Origin: Cyanobacteriota bacterium
GTDB lineage: Bacteria > Cyanobacteriota > Cyanobacteriia > Thermostichales > Thermostichaceae
Direction: 5' to 3'
Assembly (NCBI GenBank): GCA_033764955.1
Contig: JANRIL010000038.1
Location: 96,001 to 160,000, forward strand
DNA length: 64,000 nt
In this document: in pieces, positions 59,936-64,000 of the stretch
Position numbering within the stretch: the first letter of the stretch is position 1
Layout: every line of letters starts with the position of its first letter
Made by a program: the position numbers and the translations under genes
Notes under the pieces: model-generated
Told to the model about the DNA's origin: nothing
Databases searched by the model: none
Seen by the model: the letters and a program-made list of their open reading frames with translations, nothing else

Positions 59936-60604
59936 ATGGGATCCGTGACCGTTTGCAACACCTCAGCTCCTCATGATGGTGACAAGCCAGATCCAAAAGA
60001 TCCGACGGCCTGCCAGTCCACCCCTAGCTGGCTCAGTTTAGTTCAGCGCGCCCTGCACCGCAATCGCAGCCATCCAGCATCCCGCTATCTGCAACTGGCC
60101 ACCGTAGATGCTCAGGGATCCCCACACAACCGCACCCTAGTCTTTCGGGGTTTTCTGCCGTCAACCCAACAACTGCGCTTGGCCACCGATAGCCGCAGTG
60201 AAAAGTTAGAGCAGATTCAGCACTCTTCCCAGGCAGAAATTTGTTGGTACTTTACCAAAACCCGTGAGCAATTTCGCATCACAGGTTCGATCCAGCCCAT
60301 CACCGCTAATCACCCAGGACGTGCCGAACAAGCCCAACGACAGCAGCTATGGCAGGAGCTATCCTCCTCTGGTAAATTACTCTGGTATTGGCCCCAGCCA
60401 AAAACGGAACAAGCAGATATGTCTCTTTACCCGCAACAGTTGCCTGATACAGCCAATCAACCACCCGAAACCTTTGTCTTATTACTGCTCACCCCCACCG
60501 CTGTGGATCACCTGCAATTGCAGGGAGATGGCCTCTATCCCCAATGCCGCCAACTTTATTGGCTGAAACAAGGCCAATGGCAAACCTTAAAAGTTAATCC
60601 ATAA
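59936..60604 (+). CDS. FMN-dependent pyridoxamine 5'-phosphate oxidase-like protein (Npun_F5749 type)
   Basis: RYLQLATV...P.NRT.VFRGF; TDSRS.K; EICWYF..TREQFR. Confidence 0.85.
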   Translation: MGSVTVCNTSAPHDGDKPDPKDPTACQSTPSWLSLVQRALHRNRSHPASRYLQLATVDAQGSPHNRTLVFRGFLPSTQQLRLATDSRSEKLEQIQHSSQAEICWYFTKTREQFRITGSIQPITANHPGRAEQAQRQQLWQELSSSGKLLWYWPQPKTEQADMSLYPQQLPDTANQPPETFVLLLLTPTAVDHLQLQGDGLYPQCRQLYWLKQGQWQTLKVNP

Positions 60605-60717
60605 AGCTCCTGAGACTGGCTAGGAACAGCCCAATTTAGTAAAAAAAATTTAAAGAATTAGTCTCCCAAAAGTACACGAGAGAGCTAACCCATAGGGTTA
60701 ACCCTCTCATGTTAGGG

Positions 60718-61094
60718 TGCTGAAAGACTGGAGGAAAAAGCTAGCAAAACCGCAAAATTAGAACGGAATGCCGCGATATTGTAAAGGCTGCTGAGGATGG
60801 ACAAAACCTGATTTGCTGGTGTGTTGCACCTTGATGGAATGTCCTCGATATTGGGTGGTAACTTCTTGATGACTTAACTCCACACAGGGGGCAGTGAAGT
60901 CGTATCCATGACCACGGAAAGAGAGTTTCATGCTGTTTCGCCTCTAAACGAGAGTAGCTCCGGTGATGAGGCGCGTTCCTTCGGGAGGGATCCCTACTTC
61001 CGTTCTTGCGACTGATGACAAACTGGTGGGTGGATGAATCCTGAGGGAGTGAATTGAGGAGGCAGACACCAAACACGAGCAATCTTTCAGAGCA
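60718..61094 (+). ncRNA. Large structured ncRNA candidate, possibly an extended 6S RNA (ssrS/ssaA-like)
   Basis: Nested long-range helices: CTGAAAGA 60720-27 / TCTTTCAG 61083-90; TGGTGTGTTGC 60817-27 / GCAGACACCA 61062-71; CCTTGAT 60829-35 / ATTGAGG 61053-59; TATCCAT 60903-09 / GTGGATG 61030-36; ACCA/TGGT; CGGA/TCCG; C(UUCG)G tetraloop 60979-84. Confidence 0.6.
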
Positions 61095-61199
61095 AGAATG
61101 AACGATTTGTCCTATATCTGTATCATAAGCTACGGTTTTTGGAATGACAAGAGGGATCCCTGGTATTTTTCTGGATTATGGGGGGGGATGGGGGATCCA

Positions 61200-62276
61200 C
61201 TATATCCGGACAGGCTGAGGACTCACTTGCAAAATCTCTTGCAGGTTATCGAGGGTGCGTTGGTTTTCGCTGGGGGTGCCTATCGTTAGCCGGATGCCTC
61301 CTCCCGTGTGACGCACACAGGTTCCTTTGGCGAGCCATTGCTGTTGCAGTCGGACGGGATCCCATCCTTCGACTTGCATAAATAGAAAGTTAGCCACCCC
61401 AGGCCAGACTTTTACGGACGGGATCTCTGAAAGCGCCGCCCAAAGCTTTTCCCGCTCCTGTTGAATCATGGGTAAATCCGCTAACAATTCACTGGCGTGT
61501 TCGAGAGCCAGTTGCACCGCCCACTGGGAAAACATAGGCAAGTTGTAGGGAAGCCGAATGGCTTCGAGAGCCTGAATCACCTGGGGATGGGCAATAGCAT
61601 AGCCAACCCGATGGGTAGCTAGGCGAAAAGCCTTAGAAAAAGTTCGCAGGATGATCCAGTTGGGATGGTTAGCTAAGGCAGTGACGGCGGTTTTCCCGAC
61701 AAATTCAAAGTAGGCTTCGTCGATCAAAACCGCCACATCCAGAGGCAGCGACTCGATCCAATCCCACTCCTCTGCCGTGATCGGGTTGCCTGTGGGAGAG
61801 TTGGGATCCACCACACACACCATGCGAATCGATTCCTGTTGCATCGCCTTTTGACAGATGGGCAGATCCATCGCCATCGTGCTGGTTTGGCGCGGAACCG
61901 TCTTGACCGGGATCCCCAGGGTGCTAGCTAGGATCCCATACATGGCAAAAGTAGGGCTAGCAACCAAAATCCCCCCCCGATCCTCCAAACAGGTCAAAAT
62001 CAGCAGGGAGCGAATTAGCTCATCGGAACCGTTGCCAATGCTGATCTGATCCGCCTGTACTCCGGTATAGGTGGCAATCGCCTGCTTGAGACTGCGGTGG
62101 TTGGCATCGGGATAGCGATTGCTGGGGATGCCTTTTTCCCAGAGCAAGGAGAGTTTTTTCTTAAACCACTCCGGCAAGTCGAGGGGAAATTCATTGGCAT
62201 CCAGTTTGTCTGCCGATTGAGGAATCACAGCATCGTAGGGGGTAATTCCCAGCAAAGAAGGACGGAGAAACAGCAT
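61200..62276 (-). CDS. hisC: Histidinol-phosphate aminotransferase
   Basis: KLDANE, NRYPD, GNGSDELI, PNSPTG, DEAYFEF, RTFSKAF.LA..RVGY. Confidence 0.92.
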   Translation of the reverse strand: MLFLRPSLLGITPYDAVIPQSADKLDANEFPLDLPEWFKKKLSLLWEKGIPSNRYPDANHRSLKQAIATYTGVQADQISIGNGSDELIRSLLILTCLEDRGGILVASPTFAMYGILASTLGIPVKTVPRQTSTMAMDLPICQKAMQQESIRMVCVVDPNSPTGNPITAEEWDWIESLPLDVAVLIDEAYFEFVGKTAVTALANHPNWIILRTFSKAFRLATHRVGYAIAHPQVIQALEAIRLPYNLPMFSQWAVQLALEHASELLADLPMIQQEREKLWAALSEIPSVKVWPGVANFLFMQVEGWDPVRLQQQWLAKGTCVRHTGGGIRLTIGTPSENQRTLDNLQEILQVSPQPVRI

Positions 62277-62327
62277 CCCGAAGGTTGGTGAAAAGTTTTA
62301 GGTTTTGATCTTACCAGCTAGCCCACG

Positions 62328-63473
62328 CTAGGGATTGGTGGGAGTAATAAATCGTCCAGGTAGAGGATCCGTATCGGAGGCAGGGGTTGGAATCAGCAAG
62401 GGATCCGGCGACGGCGAGATCGTCGAACGTTGGGAGGGACTGGGCTGAGGAGATGGGGTAGCCAGTGAGGGGATCGGCGTGGGACTGGGCTGAACCACTT
62501 CTGGAGAAGGGCTAGCGGGGGTCAAGGGAGGAGTGACCAACGGCAACGGAGCTTCCTCAACAGCGGTGGCCGCCGATTTCTTCCCAAACTGAGCTAGGGC
62601 TAAAGCCGCCTCGCCACGAGTGACGGGATAAGTGGCATGAAACAGGCGAATCGGACCAAAGGTACGCAGCAGAGTGGAGTGATCTCCCAACGTGCGATCC
62701 GCCACAATCGAGGGGACAGCCTCCAGTGGAATGGAGGCGGTATCGGTAAATCCCCACTGCTCCTGAATATCGCTGACGGATCCGGCAATTTTTCCTGGCG
62801 GTAAGTCGAGGGGCACTTTTAGGCGGATCAGTTCTGCCCGTGAGAGCAAACTTTCCGGTCGAAATTCCTGGTTGGCATCCCCCTCGATCAATCCAGCCAA
62901 TCCGAGGGCTTGAATGTAGAGAAAATGAGGATGCTCGTCGGTCACATCCAAAAAGATAGGGCGCTCTGTTAGGGATCCCAAACGGATCTGACGGCTGGGT
63001 TGATCCCAGTGAATGGCATTATTTGCCACCACTAACCAACGGGCAAACTCACCCCGCTTGACACTGCGACTGGGGTCAAAGGTAGCACCTGGGATATCAA
63101 CAAATACGCCCAACCCATCCAGAGCACGAATCGCCCCCTGGGTGAAGGGATCCGGCACATCCGTAAAGCGGCTGTTAGGGGGGGGAGAGGGAACGGGGGA
63201 GGGGGAACTGGCCGAAGGAGTGGGGGCAGGGGAGGAGTTGGCAAGGGGCAGAGGAGCAGAGGGGCGAGGGAGCGGGGAAGAAGAATTAGCTGATGGGGAT
63301 CCCCCTGGCGAAGGGGTAGAGGCAGGAGTGGCTTGCAACCATCGACTCAGATCATTGCCCCACTGGGATCCCTGACAGGCCACAGTAGCTAGGCTACAGC
63401 CCACCAACAGAAGGAGACGGCCACGGGCTAGCAAATAGGGAAGAGGAGGGAGGATCGGGCAGTGCCGCTTCAT
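62328..63473 (-). CDS. S-layer homology (SLH) domain lipoprotein with Pro-rich termini
   Basis: TVAC lipobox-like; FTDV, F.P...V.RGEFARWL, FLDV...HP, F.PE..LSR, PVTRGEAA. Confidence 0.85.
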   Translation of the reverse strand: MKRHCPILPPLPYLLARGRLLLLVGCSLATVACQGSQWGNDLSRWLQATPASTPSPGGSPSANSSSPLPRPSAPLPLANSSPAPTPSASSPSPVPSPPPNSRFTDVPDPFTQGAIRALDGLGVFVDIPGATFDPSRSVKRGEFARWLVVANNAIHWDQPSRQIRLGSLTERPIFLDVTDEHPHFLYIQALGLAGLIEGDANQEFRPESLLSRAELIRLKVPLDLPPGKIAGSVSDIQEQWGFTDTASIPLEAVPSIVADRTLGDHSTLLRTFGPIRLFHATYPVTRGEAALALAQFGKKSAATAVEEAPLPLVTPPLTPASPSPEVVQPSPTPIPSLATPSPQPSPSQRSTISPSPDPLLIPTPASDTDPLPGRFITPTNP

Positions 63474-63492
63474 GGGTGGGGAGGAAAAAAGG

Positions 63493-63798
63493 TTAATTCC
63501 AGGTTTTACCAAAGTCTTCTAAGATATCCAACAAATTGAGGATGCTTTGCATGGGCAGCAGATCCGATAAGGGTAACTCTTTGCGCCCTCCCCCCAGCTT
63601 GATCATCAAGGTTTGCAACACCTGAGTAACAGCGGACTCATCCACCTGTTGAGCCATCACCTGCGGAGCAAGGGCTTCGGCTAGAAGGGTATGCAGTTTG
63701 GCATCTCGCAAATAAAGATGCCATTTAGCCACATCCATATAGACTTCTTCACCAATAGCGGCGGCCAGTTGCTCGATTTGTTGGCTAGTAGGGGTCAT
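63493..63798 (-). CDS. DUF3181 family protein
   Basis: IEQLAAAIG..VYMDVAKWHLYL.DAKL...GGG...LPL.DLLP. Confidence 0.85.
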   Translation of the reverse strand: MTPTSQQIEQLAAAIGEEVYMDVAKWHLYLRDAKLHTLLAEALAPQVMAQQVDESAVTQVLQTLMIKLGGGRKELPLSDLLPMQSILNLLDILEDFGKTWN

Positions 63799-63862
63799 GG
63801 CAGTTGCTCCATCTGCACTCACAGCATAGCTTGCCCAGACGGTTGGATTGGAGAGGCAAAAG

Positions 63863-64000
63863 CTAGGGTTTAGGGGATCCCTCTGCCGTGGGGGTGCGGG
63901 TGGGGATGACAAATCGCTGTTGCAGTTGTCGCATCACCAAGAGATGTTCGAGAGCCAAGCGATCCCGTTCGGCTTTGAGGTTGCTCACCTCCACCTGAAT
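63863..64000 (-). CDS. C-terminal end of a gene entering from beyond the window
   Basis: Open frame IQVEVSNLKAERDRLALEHLLVMRQLQQRFVIPTRTPTAEGSPKP*. Confidence 0.55.
   Translation of the reverse strand: MQVEVSNLKAERDRLALEHLLVMRQLQQRFVIPTRTPTAEGSPKP

Larger units (their letters stand above)
1..64000. repeat. Highly iterated palindrome GGGATCCC (HIP1 variant)
   Basis: Dozens of copies in coding and intergenic DNA (e.g. 963, 3285, 3349, 19558, 30353); GCGATCGC seen only once (~50129). Confidence 0.9.

Noticed and set aside
60741..61082. 113-aa minus-strand ORF in the ORF track
   Set aside because: Non-protein-like composition; antisense to the structured RNA candidate
60718..61094. tmRNA, RNase P RNA or SRP RNA identity for the large RNA
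   Set aside because: No GGGG/CCA tRNA-like ends or tag frame, no GAGGAAAGTCC, no SRP loop motif
61036..61115. Group I intron Q/R/S-like words (AATCCTGAG, GCAGACACCAAAC, ACGATTTGTCC)
   Set aside because: P7 does not pair canonically, there is no interrupted host gene, and GCAGACACCA pairs better with 60817-60827

Overview
64 kb of chromosome from a cyanobacterium, probably Thermostichus / Synechococcus OS-A/B'-like. The basis is the cpcT, glcD, Psb35-like and DUF3181 genes and the octamer GGGATCCC, which occurs dozens of times while I saw canonical HIP1 GCGATCGC only once (~50129). Most genes are housekeeping or conserved (recJ, DUF721/DciA-like, hisN, hisC, argS, argD, murF, ackA, fbaB, glcD, mini-III/rlmB, PhoB-like regulator). 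Interspersed AT-richer patches hold IS1 debris with a frameshifted gene and a GH38 hydrolase (~20-24 kb), an intact-looking IS630 (25.7-26.8 kb), a Uma2 gene between ~350-bp direct repeats (43.4-44.9 kb) and a MerR/Grx-MauE module (52-53.7 kb). The strongest signals missing from the ORF track are a ~375-nt heavily base-paired intergenic RNA candidate (60718-61094, 6S-like but about twice the usual length), a Yfr2-type sRNA with a near-consensus promoter (16289-16353), a 31-aa membrane micro-protein (8890-8985) and three MerR-type long-spacer promoters. No rRNA, tRNA or CRISPR array was seen. All family calls come from recognising motifs by eye, not from database searches.
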